From contig OZ241996.1 in the NCBI GenBank assembly GCA_965204535.1, forward strand, positions 1,440,001 to 1,504,000: a stretch of DNA of 64,000 nucleotides, read 5' to 3'. Position numbers and translations under genes: made by a program. The DNA comes from a bacterium (GTDB lineage: Bacteria > UBA8248). The first letter of the stretch is position 1; every line of letters begins with the position of its first letter. The notes under the pieces were generated by a model. That model was not told where the DNA came from. It made no database searches and worked only from the letters and a program-made list of their open reading frames with translations. Shown here piece after piece: positions 20,609-29,025 of this stretch.

Positions 20609-21694
20609 ACACCCCACGCATCGCTGATGCACTTCCGGCTGCCGCACGGCTTCGGGCGGCAAGCCACCTTACGGCGTAATGAACTCCCAGCGGGAAAGCT
20701 TGGCATCCGCCCTATCGCAATCGTCCACAAACAGGGTTCGCCAGCGGTCGGCGCTTGAGTAGGTGGCGGCGGAGACAGCACCGACCGCGAGGCACAGGTT
20801 GGAATTCTTGAGGACCAGCTTGCCGTCGGCTTTCAGATCGAAACGCTGAAAATTGGCAGCGTTGAAGAAGATGGACGAGGTGCCGCAATCGGCGAGCATC
20901 GCGGCGGCGCCCGGCAGGGCGCCCCGATTCACGCCGGCAATGGTCACGCACTTGTTGGGCGCCGGAAACCGGATATAGCCTTCCGGTGTAAACACGACGG
21001 CCGCGTCCGGCGGCAGCCCGACCTTACAATTGTGGGCGAACAGCGGGATATCCGTGCGCAGATTGCCGGGGGTGCCCGGAATGTCGATGCAATAGCCGTC
21101 CCGCGGCCGGTCGAGACGGTCGATGAGGCGCAGATGCTGCTCGGCAGCGGCCTTTGTGCTGACGATGGTCAACAGACCGCCGATGAGGCCACAAGCGGCA
21201 ATCGTGTGAAGAACCTTCAGGAACCTCTTCAGATGAATTCTCAACTCGCCCCTCCAAACGGGTGCGCAACCACGGGCAGAATACCAGCCCCGCCTTTGGC
21301 GGCAAGTTCGAGGCCCGGATATCCCGATTGTGACTTGCGGCAGGGCTGATCGCCGGCAATGTTTCGGGAATGAGATGGATCGTCGCCGCCGTTGTCTTGT
21401 TTGCTCGGTTTTCTCAGTTAATCATTATATAACAATGGATTATCTTTTTCATTCTCCAGATGTCTTCATGCAGGGATCAGATGTTTTCCACTCCGCGCTC
21501 CCGTGTGTCCACTTGGGAAGCCGGAACGGCGGCGATATCTGGCGACCTCCGAGTAAGCGTTCCATCAGGTCGTGGCGGGCGCTGCCGCTCAAGCGCCGCT
21601 CGGGCTAAACGCCGCTGACACAACGGCTTGCAGCCCCCGAGCGTTTGAGCGGCCCGGAAGCGCGATGCGGACGCCCTTCGGCGGTTTGGTTCAC
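20609..21694. mobile_element. Putative non-autonomous cassette unit 1
   Basis: Left end acaccccacgcatcgctgatgcacttcc (20609); ~120-bp right end 21574-21694 homologous to 23146-23270. Confidence 0.65.
20669..21244 (-). CDS. Ricin-B-type lectin domain protein
   Basis: GYCIDI, HNC, KCVT, QRF, LCLAV and SRW beta-trefoil-like repeats with paired cysteines. Confidence 0.7.
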   Translation of the reverse strand: MRIHLKRFLKVLHTIAACGLIGGLLTIVSTKAAAEQHLRLIDRLDRPRDGYCIDIPGTPGNLRTDIPLFAHNCKVGLPPDAAVVFTPEGYIRFPAPNKCVTIAGVNRGALPGAAAMLADCGTSSIFFNAANFQRFDLKADGKLVLKNSNLCLAVGAVSAATYSSADRWRTLFVDDCDRADAKLSRWEFITP

Positions 21695-21774
21695 ACACCC
21701 CACGCATCGTTGGTGCACTTCCTGCCGGCGTCCACCATCGCGTGATCCTGCGGATTATGCCGTTGTTTCAGAGC

Positions 21775-22044
21775 CTGACGGCCCGCCCCGTCCCGCCCCG
21801 GCGCGCGGTCTGCGCGGACACGAAGCTCGGCAGTCTGCGCCTGCCTGACCTGCGCCATACCGCCGCAAGTCAGGCGGTTATGTCGGGCGAAGGTCTGCCG
21901 CTCGTCGGCCGGCTTCTCGGGCACAACCGGCATCGCACCACGGCAGGCTACGCCCACCTTGCCGATGCGCACCTTGTCGATGCGGCGGAAAAGGTCGGGC
22001 AATCATCGCCACCGCGATGGCGAGTCAACGCCCACGACCGATAA
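21775..22044 (+). pseudogene. Tyrosine recombinase/integrase C-terminal remnant
   Basis: LRLPDLRHTAAS...LLGH...TTAGYAHL; the expected His of HxxR reads Pro, the N-terminal domains are absent, and there is a probable frameshift after EKVG. Confidence 0.85.
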
Positions 22045-22100
22045 CGCATCGACAACAGCACCGCAGCGCTCCGGGTCGCGGAGCACGTCGAAAGCGTGCA

Positions 22101-22742
22101 TCAATCCGGCGCGACCGCCTCGCCCGTGTAAAAGGCCGCCGTACGCTGCGCCGCTGCGCGCGCAACGTCGGCGTCCGTTCCCGCTGCCTCGGCCGCCCGG
22201 CCCCACGCCGCACTGCTTCCGACGATGAGCGCCTTTCCGTCACGAGTCGTGTGGAACGTTGCCCCGTCCAACTTGGGTTCGTTCGGCCGCGTAAGATGCA
22301 GTTCCATCCCCAGCAAGCCCATCTCCCAACCTACGCCGACGGCGCCGGGACCGAACTTGCGCCAATGGTCCGACACCAGCGCGGTATGCGTAATCGCAAG
22401 ACGCGAGCGGCCGGTACTATCGTTACACAGACGCGCCTCCACCCAGCTCACGTCATCGCCGAACTCCCATGTCAGCCCGAGATGCGAGGGACGCTCGCAG
22501 TGCCGAATCGTGCCGCCTGCGTTTCCCTCCAGTTGGTAGCGACCGCCGAGTTCGAGGCGGCCGCTGACCGGCAGGAACCAGCATGGGATTCGTTCCGCGC
22601 TCGTCACGGCGTCCCAGAGGTCCTCCACTGTCGTCGCGTAGCTGCGGGCCAAGGTGACCGCGCGAGCGGCCTGTCCGTCGCGCTCCAGGGACGACACTGC
22701 GCGCTCCACGGCGCCGAGGAGGCGTTCGACATCCAGGTCCAT
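22101..22742 (-). CDS. SRPBCC (Aha1/START-like) domain protein
   Basis: EDLWDAVT..ERI..WF, GGRYQLEGNAGG, GPGAVGVGWE motifs. Confidence 0.85.
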   Translation of the reverse strand: MDLDVERLLGAVERAVSSLERDGQAARAVTLARSYATTVEDLWDAVTSAERIPCWFLPVSGRLELGGRYQLEGNAGGTIRHCERPSHLGLTWEFGDDVSWVEARLCNDSTGRSRLAITHTALVSDHWRKFGPGAVGVGWEMGLLGMELHLTRPNEPKLDGATFHTTRDGKALIVGSSAAWGRAAEAAGTDADVARAAAQRTAAFYTGEAVAPD

Positions 22743-23326
22743 GGCTTCTCCGTTTCATCAAGCAGGCGATTATCCAGGTACATGCCACTGCGTACAGCAA
22801 ATCAAGCCGCGTGGACGATGGCTCGGACCGTCCACAAGGTCGCAGACCGTCCGACAACAGCAAGTCGGAAGCCCGCCCAAAGGCGACACGCCTCGACGAG
22901 CACGAGCGCCGACAGATGGCCCGGCACTTCCTTCCCCGCAACTGTCACCCGCGGTGCGGCGACTGTTGTGCGATCTGATGACCGCTTCCCCTCTGCGCCA
23001 ATGTATACGTTACCCGGCACTTCGCGCCCGAGACAACGAGTCCGGCGTCTGTCATGCCGCCCCGCATTGTCCTGTTATCTCGTGCTTCCTATAACTGCCG
23101 CCCGGAAGCCGCGCGACGGTTCGGGACGTGTTCCCGCAAGTGCGCGGCGGGCGCTGCCGCTCAAGCGCCGCTCGGGCTGAATGCCCGGCCTGCAACGCTT
23201 TGCAGTGCGCGGTCGCTTGGTTGGCCAGGAAGCGGGTTGACGACGCCCTTCGGCGGTTCGTGGTCACACCTGAAGCATTCTTCAGTCGAAGGGTGTTGCG
23301 TCCTGCAGATTTTGAGAGATGAAACT

Positions 23327-24223
23327 TCAGGCGTCCATCGCGCACCGGAAGCCGATGTTGAAATTCTTGTACCAGGGCTCGAAGCCCTCTCTCGCCGAGC
23401 ACCTAAGGCTGTCTTCGATGTAATCCCAGCCGCAGCCCCGGGCGACCTTGGCCGTCCAGGCGTAGCCCGCCCGGCGCGGGAGCCAGCCCTCGGTGTTCCC
23501 GAAACGGATCCTGTAGCTGTCCTCGTCGCGGTGCAGTATCTCGTAGCGCTCGCCGCGCTTGACTTCGCCCAGGCTCAGGCTGCCCCCGCCCGGAACGGCG
23601 AATACGGGCACCTTCGCCATCGCCACTTCGAAGGTCGGCTTCTCCAGCCCCCGGGGGTTCTCCGCCGGGCCCGTCTGGTAGTAAAACCCGTCGAACCAGT
23701 CCGACACCCACTCGAAGACGTTCCCGGCCATCTGCACGCAACCGTAGGGAGAGGCGCTCTCTTCGAACCCGCTCACATTGGCGGGGCAGTGAATATCCGT
23801 TTCCGTGCTCGCATAGACGGCCCGCCCGGGAGAGGGTTCCTCCTCGCCCCATGGATACTTGCGCCCGTCCGTTCCGCGCGCCGCCTTCTCCCATTCCGCC
23901 TCGGTCGGCAGGCGCTTGCCCACCCAGCGGGCGTAGGCGTTCGCCTCCTCCCAACTGATGCTGACGATGGGCTGTTCCGGCCCCACGAAATCATCCCTCG
24001 CGAACGAGGGAGGCGGCGGAAACGCTTCGGTCTCCTCCAGGAAAGCGCGGTACTGCGCGTTCGTCACGCAGTATTTGTCGATCCAGAAAGCGTCGAGGGT
24101 AACCTCGCGCTCCGGACGCTCGTCCGCGTTGCCGACGTCGGAACCCATGAGAAAGGGCCCCTCGGGCACGCACACCATCGCGGCCTCGTCTTTCCCTTTT
24201 TTCATTTCCCTCGCTTCGTTCAT
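23327..24223 (-). CDS. FGE-sulfatase (SUMF1-like) domain protein with an internal SH3b-like insert
   Basis: F.MG, RLPTEAEWEKAARG, MAGNVFEWV, IGFRC; extra ~55 aa between NPRG and KVARG. Confidence 0.85.
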   Translation of the reverse strand: MNEAREMKKGKDEAAMVCVPEGPFLMGSDVGNADERPEREVTLDAFWIDKYCVTNAQYRAFLEETEAFPPPPSFARDDFVGPEQPIVSISWEEANAYARWVGKRLPTEAEWEKAARGTDGRKYPWGEEEPSPGRAVYASTETDIHCPANVSGFEESASPYGCVQMAGNVFEWVSDWFDGFYYQTGPAENPRGLEKPTFEVAMAKVPVFAVPGGGSLSLGEVKRGERYEILHRDEDSYRIRFGNTEGWLPRRAGYAWTAKVARGCGWDYIEDSLRCSAREGFEPWYKNFNIGFRCAMDA

Positions 24224-24251
24224 CTTCGTCTCTTCGGAGCAGGCAATAGCG

Positions 24252-24282
24252 AAAAAGAGCGGGACCCCGAAGGGCCCCGCCC
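24252..24282 (-). terminator. Intrinsic terminator after the oxidoreductase operon
   Basis: Minus strand gggcggggccc-ttc-ggggtcccgctc followed by ttttt. Confidence 0.65.
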
Positions 24283-24310
24283 TGGACTTGCCGGTTCTTC
24301 GTTCCCTACC

Positions 24311-25339
24311 CTACTTCTTGCTCGGGTCGTTCACCTTGAAGGGGATGACACCGGGAACCATCCAGTCGTCCCACATCTTGTCCACTTCGCTCTGGAAGTA
24401 TTCGTAGTCTTCCTCTACGAAGTGGTGGAAGCGGCCCTGCGTCTCCAGGTACTCGCGCACCGGCTTGCGGCGGCGCTTGCCGTACACCTGTCGTGCCGAA
24501 ATGCCCGTATAGGTGAGCGCCCCGTCCGTCATCTCCCAGAGCGGGAAGAGCCCCGTCTCCACGGCCAGTTCGCCGAGCTTGTGGGAGTAGAACGGGTCGT
24601 AGTCCCAGCCTTTGGGGCACGGGTCGAGCGTGTGCACGAAGGCGGGCCCCTTCACGGCCAGCGCCTTGCGGACCTTGTCAATCAGATCGGCGGGATAGGA
24701 AGCGTCCGCCGTCGCCACGTAGTTGCAGCGCGTGTGGCCGACCGCATACATGGCGGCGATGTTCTTTTTCCAGCAATCGTGCATGATGCGGAATTTCTTG
24801 CCCGGAGGCGTGAACGTCGTGTTGGCGCCCCACGGAGATGCGCCCGAAATCTGGATGTCGGTGTTCGCGTACGACTCGTTGTCGTAGCAGATGATCGCCA
24901 GATTGTACTTCGCGTGCATGAGCGCCGCCGAGATGGACGAGACGCCCATGTCGATGCCGCCGCCGTCGCCGCAGAAGGCGATGACGTTGATGGGCTCTTC
25001 CTTCATCTTGCCCTTGCGCATGAGCGCCCGGAGCGCCGCCGCCGTTCCCGTGGCCGCAGAACCCGAAGAACCCAACTGCGTGTGCATCCACGGCACCACC
25101 CAGGGGGTGCTGTAGTACGTGGTGTTCGCCACGTACATGCAGCCCGTGCTGCCCAGGATGATGGAGCGGGGGCCGGCCGCCTTGGCCATGAGGCGCATGA
25201 TGAGCGCGCTCTCACAACCCTGGCACGTCCTGTGCCCGCTGGTGAAATACTCTTCCACCGCCTTTTCGGGGATGGCGTTCACCTTCCCCATCAAGGGAAG
25301 TTCCTGTGTCCCGATGTTGTATTCAGAGGTTTCGGCCAT
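24311..25339 (-). CDS. 2-oxoacid:ferredoxin oxidoreductase beta (TPP-binding) subunit, oxalate oxidoreductase-like
   Basis: GHRTCQGC, GCMYVAN, GDGG...YDNESYANT and PCP motifs. Confidence 0.9.
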   Translation of the reverse strand: MAETSEYNIGTQELPLMGKVNAIPEKAVEEYFTSGHRTCQGCESALIMRLMAKAAGPRSIILGSTGCMYVANTTYYSTPWVVPWMHTQLGSSGSAATGTAAALRALMRKGKMKEEPINVIAFCGDGGGIDMGVSSISAALMHAKYNLAIICYDNESYANTDIQISGASPWGANTTFTPPGKKFRIMHDCWKKNIAAMYAVGHTRCNYVATADASYPADLIDKVRKALAVKGPAFVHTLDPCPKGWDYDPFYSHKLGELAVETGLFPLWEMTDGALTYTGISARQVYGKRRRKPVREYLETQGRFHHFVEEDYEYFQSEVDKMWDDWMVPGVIPFKVNDPSKK

Positions 25340-25342
25340 GAT

Positions 25343-26560
25343 TTAGTCCCTCACTCCGATCCAGTCGACATCGTTGTCGGCCGCATCGTTCTGACCCATG
25401 GAAATGACCTTGTCAGCCATCAGTTTGACGTCTTCGAGCAGCACCTCACGGCCACCGAGGCCGCAGACGAATCCTTTCATGTGAGGCACCTTGTCCGCTC
25501 CGTACATGGCGGCTTTCACTTCGTTGAACACTATACCACCATGATAGGGAGAACCAAACGAGTAGTCGCGGTCGATGACGCCCACCGCCTTGAATCGCGA
25601 GAGCGACGCGCGCAGCTCTTCCGTCGGGAAGGGGCGGAACCACTTGAGGCGAACCATGCCGACCTTCTTGCCTTCCTTGCGCATCTCGCGGATGGCGACC
25701 TTCACCGGCAGGCTCAGCGTCCCCATGCCGCACAGCACGACGTCGGCGTCCTCGGTCATGTATTCATCGAGGAAGGGGTCCGTGTCCACGCCGAAAGTCT
25801 TGCTGAAATCGGCGTGGGCTTCCTTGAGCACGGTGTAGGCGTTTTTCGCCGCCTCGCTGCTCTGGCGCCTCACCTCCATCAGCCAGTCTTCGTTCGCCTG
25901 GGGCGCGATGGTGATCGGGTTGTCGGGGTGAAGCAGCAGGTCGCCCCTGTCGTAGGGCGGGAGGAACACGTTGACTTCCTCCTGGCCGGGCAGCCGCACC
26001 GTCGCCTGGCTGTGCGTCAGGAACGCGCCGTCCATCGCAATGGCGCACGGCAGGTAGACTCTGGGGTCCTCGGCGACGCGATAGGCAAGTAGACCCAGTT
26101 CGACGACTTCCTGCGCCGTGTCGGGGAAGTTGATCATCCAGCCCAGATCGCGCACCAGCATGGCGTCGTTGTGCTCGGTGCCGAACGCGCCGGGGTCATC
26201 CAAAGCGCGGCAGCCCACCAGGGCCACCATGGGCAGCCTGAGGCCCGCCGTAACGGCCAGCGGCTCCATCGCGTAGAGCCAGCCCACGCCGCTCGAACCG
26301 GTGAACACGCGCGCGCCGCAGGCCGAGGCGTGCTTGACGATCTCGAACTGGCCGTGCTCGCTTTCCGCCGGAATGTAGTCGGCGTCGAAATCGCCCTCGG
26401 CGATGAATTTGGAAACATACTGCATCACGGTGTCATACGGCCGGATCGGATACGCCGTGATGACATCCACGTCGGCGAGGCGGCAGACGTGCGCCATGAC
26501 CTCGCTTCCGGTGAGGAGATGAACTCCCGCACCTTGTTGCTGTTCAGTAGCTGTTGCCAT
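25343..26560 (-). CDS. 2-oxoacid:ferredoxin oxidoreductase alpha subunit, oxalate oxidoreductase-like
   Basis: YPIRP rather than YPITP, ESEH, TGSSGVG, FRPFP, GLGG. Confidence 0.9.
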   Translation of the reverse strand: MATATEQQQGAGVHLLTGSEVMAHVCRLADVDVITAYPIRPYDTVMQYVSKFIAEGDFDADYIPAESEHGQFEIVKHASACGARVFTGSSGVGWLYAMEPLAVTAGLRLPMVALVGCRALDDPGAFGTEHNDAMLVRDLGWMINFPDTAQEVVELGLLAYRVAEDPRVYLPCAIAMDGAFLTHSQATVRLPGQEEVNVFLPPYDRGDLLLHPDNPITIAPQANEDWLMEVRRQSSEAAKNAYTVLKEAHADFSKTFGVDTDPFLDEYMTEDADVVLCGMGTLSLPVKVAIREMRKEGKKVGMVRLKWFRPFPTEELRASLSRFKAVGVIDRDYSFGSPYHGGIVFNEVKAAMYGADKVPHMKGFVCGLGGREVLLEDVKLMADKVISMGQNDAADNDVDWIGVRD

Positions 26561-26578
26561 CAGTTCGCTCCTATTATC

Positions 26579-27769
26579 CTATTTGAGGTCCTGGAGAGAT
26601 TTGACCTGGGCCGTTTCGGGGTTGTGACCCATCTCGATGCCGATGCCGGAGAACGCCTGCCCAAGACCGGTGATGGGGTGACGACCCTCTATCTTGCCGG
26701 TGCTGATCTTCTCGTCCATGTATTTGTCGTAATCTTCCTTGTTCTCCTGCCACATCTGCCACTGGCTGTCGCGCTCCTCGAAGACGACCTCGTTCACCAT
26801 GGTGATGCAGTCCTTGACGGGGCAGATGGCTTCGCACACGCCGCAGCCGCAGCAGGCTTCCATGTTGGCATCGAAGAAGCCGTCCGGCGTGACGTCGAAA
26901 CAGGTGTCCGGACACGCGACCCAGCACAGGGTGCATTTCGTGCACTTATCGAACGAGACGACCGGACGCATGGTGCGGGTCGACCATTTCTTGAAGTAGG
27001 GGTTGCGTCCCGGCTCATAGCCGCCCTCGCCGCCCCGGAAGCCCTCGTGGCCGCCCACGCCGTCGATGACGACGCCCTGACGCATTTCGTGCCACTTGAG
27101 GAGTTCGAACGTGAAGGGAACCTCATCGTTGCCCTGGCCCGGTTCGATCTCGACGGGACGCAGGTCTTCATACACCTCCCGCGCGGCTTCGACGTGCGTT
27201 TCCGAGCCGATGTTCTCGCGAATCGCCGATTCAAGCGACGCGATGGAGCACATGCTCGGTTCGGCCTTGAGAGCCGCCGCCAGACAGCGCGCGTCGGTGC
27301 CGTCGTCCTTGTACACCCAGAGGCCGGCGAAGCTCGCCTCGCCGGGGATGATCGCGAGCTTGTAGGGCGTGTCCCTGCGGTGGATGTGCTGGACGAGTTC
27401 TTCTTCTTTCTGGTTGGACGTGACGATCAGCGTGCCGCCGGGCTTCGTGACGGCGTTGATCGGCTGAAGGCCGTACCATGCCCACGATTCCACGCCTTTG
27501 CACAGGGTGTCGTCCACACAGATGGAGATGTCCACCTGCTTGGGCTCGTATTGAGCCGCCACGGTCTCGAGTTCTTCCTCGTTGTCCGCGATGTAGCCGA
27601 ACTGCTTGGCTGGAATTCCGTTTCGCTCGGGCGAATCGCTGTAGCGCCCGAAGGAGATGCCCGGCTTCCCTTCTTTCACGGCCGCGAGGATCAACGTCCG
27701 TGAAATTTTCACCGCAAGGCTTTTCTGAAAAATTCCTCTGTAAATGACTTCAAACGATATGACGCTCAC
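26579..27769 (-). CDS. Fused gamma plus 2x[4Fe-4S] ferredoxin (delta) subunit of the oxidoreductase
   Basis: N-terminal gamma-like domain; CTKCTLCWVACP and CCGCGVCEAICP motifs. Confidence 0.88.
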   Translation of the reverse strand: MSVISFEVIYRGIFQKSLAVKISRTLILAAVKEGKPGISFGRYSDSPERNGIPAKQFGYIADNEEELETVAAQYEPKQVDISICVDDTLCKGVESWAWYGLQPINAVTKPGGTLIVTSNQKEEELVQHIHRRDTPYKLAIIPGEASFAGLWVYKDDGTDARCLAAALKAEPSMCSIASLESAIRENIGSETHVEAAREVYEDLRPVEIEPGQGNDEVPFTFELLKWHEMRQGVVIDGVGGHEGFRGGEGGYEPGRNPYFKKWSTRTMRPVVSFDKCTKCTLCWVACPDTCFDVTPDGFFDANMEACCGCGVCEAICPVKDCITMVNEVVFEERDSQWQMWQENKEDYDKYMDEKISTGKIEGRHPITGLGQAFSGIGIEMGHNPETAQVKSLQDLK

Positions 27770-27840
27770 ATTCGATACCCCCCACTTGAAGTTGAAGAAG
27801 TAGAACTTTTTGCTTTAAGGCTTTGTTCCCTGAAAGTCGG

Positions 27841-28584
27841 TTATTCCGATTCGAGTTTCGCCAGATGATCCAGTTTCAAATGGGCTTCGGCCTCGCTGCC
27901 CTCAATCTCGACCAGATGGCCGATCATTCCCGCCATCGCCCTGTTCTTGTCCTTGTCCAAAACGGCGCCCAGAATCTTCTGGTGCGCTTCCCACGAGCGG
28001 AAGCGAACATTCTCGTCACGGCGAAGCGAGCGTTCCCGCATTTCGCTCAGGGAATTGAGCAGACTGCTCAGCAGATGATGGAGGAATTGATTCTTGGCGG
28101 CCTCTGCGAGTTCGAGATGAAACCGGGTATCCTCCCTCAAACCGAGTCTCCCGCCTTCTATCGCATCATGCTGCCGCTGGATAGTATCTTCGAGCATGGC
28201 CAACTCCGCCACCGTCGCGCGCTCTGCGGCCAGGGCGGCGATTTGAGGCTCCAGCACCATGCGCGCCTCGAAAAGATCGTGGATGCCGCTCGCCGCGTCG
28301 GAGGAGACTTTTTCGGAAATCATGGGGAGCAGGGCCTCAGGCTGCGCCGTGACGAACGTGCCCTCCCCCTGCTTCGTCTCGACGAGCCTGGCGGATTCCA
28401 GCGAACGCGTGGCTTCGCGCACCGAATTGCGGCCCACGCCGAATTGCTCGCAAAGCTCACGCTCGGAGGGCAGCTTCTCGCCGGGCTTGATTTCGCCCTC
28501 CAGTATCAAAGCCGTGAGTTGATCGACGATGGCCTCGTAGACGCGCGTCTTCTTCACCGCCTGTAGTCTGTCGCCGATGACCAC
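27841..28584 (-). CDS. FadR/GntR family transcriptional regulator
   Basis: LPSEREL...GVGRNSVREA wHTH and FCD domain (EAR..LE, D.RFH, H..I). Confidence 0.93.
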   Translation of the reverse strand: MVIGDRLQAVKKTRVYEAIVDQLTALILEGEIKPGEKLPSERELCEQFGVGRNSVREATRSLESARLVETKQGEGTFVTAQPEALLPMISEKVSSDAASGIHDLFEARMVLEPQIAALAAERATVAELAMLEDTIQRQHDAIEGGRLGLREDTRFHLELAEAAKNQFLHHLLSSLLNSLSEMRERSLRRDENVRFRSWEAHQKILGAVLDKDKNRAMAGMIGHLVEIEGSEAEAHLKLDHLAKLESE

Positions 28585-28636
28585 GCTTCAAGCCCCCGGA
28601 TATATGCCTCACAGAAAGACTCGTCACCTTATGGGA

Positions 28637-28679
28637 TTGTCCTACCAGTAAATTTACGTCTGTTTCCCAGAAGTGTCAA
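28637..28679 (-). promoter_or_regulatory. Sigma70 promoter with adjacent FadR-type operator
   Basis: Minus strand TTGACA-17 bp-TAAATT, then TGGTAGGACAA (28637-28647), one mismatch from the FadR-subfamily TGGT-N3-ACCA consensus. Confidence 0.7.
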
Positions 28680-28815
28680 CCGTAAATACGGGCAAATACC
28701 GGGTTTTGGGTCGAATATGCGGAAATCGGCGAGACATATTGCCTTATTTTCATTTCCCCATCGAAATTCAGGGTTTCAATTTGTAGGGACTTCTCCGACC
28801 TCCGAGATGTTCGCC

Positions 28816-28905
28816 GTAGGGACAGGCCCCCGTGCCTGTCCTCCTGAATCGCAACCACGGAGATGGGTAAATCCGATACGGGCGGCCACGGGGGGCCGCC
28901 CCTAC
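28816..28905. repeat. REP doublet (family 1) without TIR shell
   Basis: gtagggacaggcccccgtgcctgtcc ... gggcggccacggggggccgcccctac; right half identical to 8500-8525. Confidence 0.8.
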
Positions 28906-29025
28906 GAAGCCTCTTCGTTCATCATCCCGATTCCCGCAGGGGCGCATCCCCACCTACCCCCGCCCGTATCAAAATGCTAGGATTTCCCGTCTTCAATTTC
29001 GCCTCATCATCTTCTCAATGAAAGA

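Larger units (their letters stand above)
21695..23270. mobile_element. Putative cassette unit 2 carrying an integrase remnant and an SRPBCC gene
   Basis: Left end acaccccacgcatcgttggtgcacttcc (21695); right end 23146-23270 finishing in cacacc. Confidence 0.65.

Noticed and set aside
20609-23270. Classical integron or CRISPR array
   Set aside because: No attC RYYYAAC...GTTRRRY boxes, no IntI-type gene, no regularly spaced short repeats and no cas genes
23054-26092. 1012-aa plus-strand ORF, and similar long ORFs at 12420-14198, 17421-18782, 19086-20489, 26171-27703, 28993-30660, 32935-34947
   Set aside because: Antisense shadows of well-supported genes in GC-rich DNA; no recognisable motifs and Arg/Ala/His-rich composition
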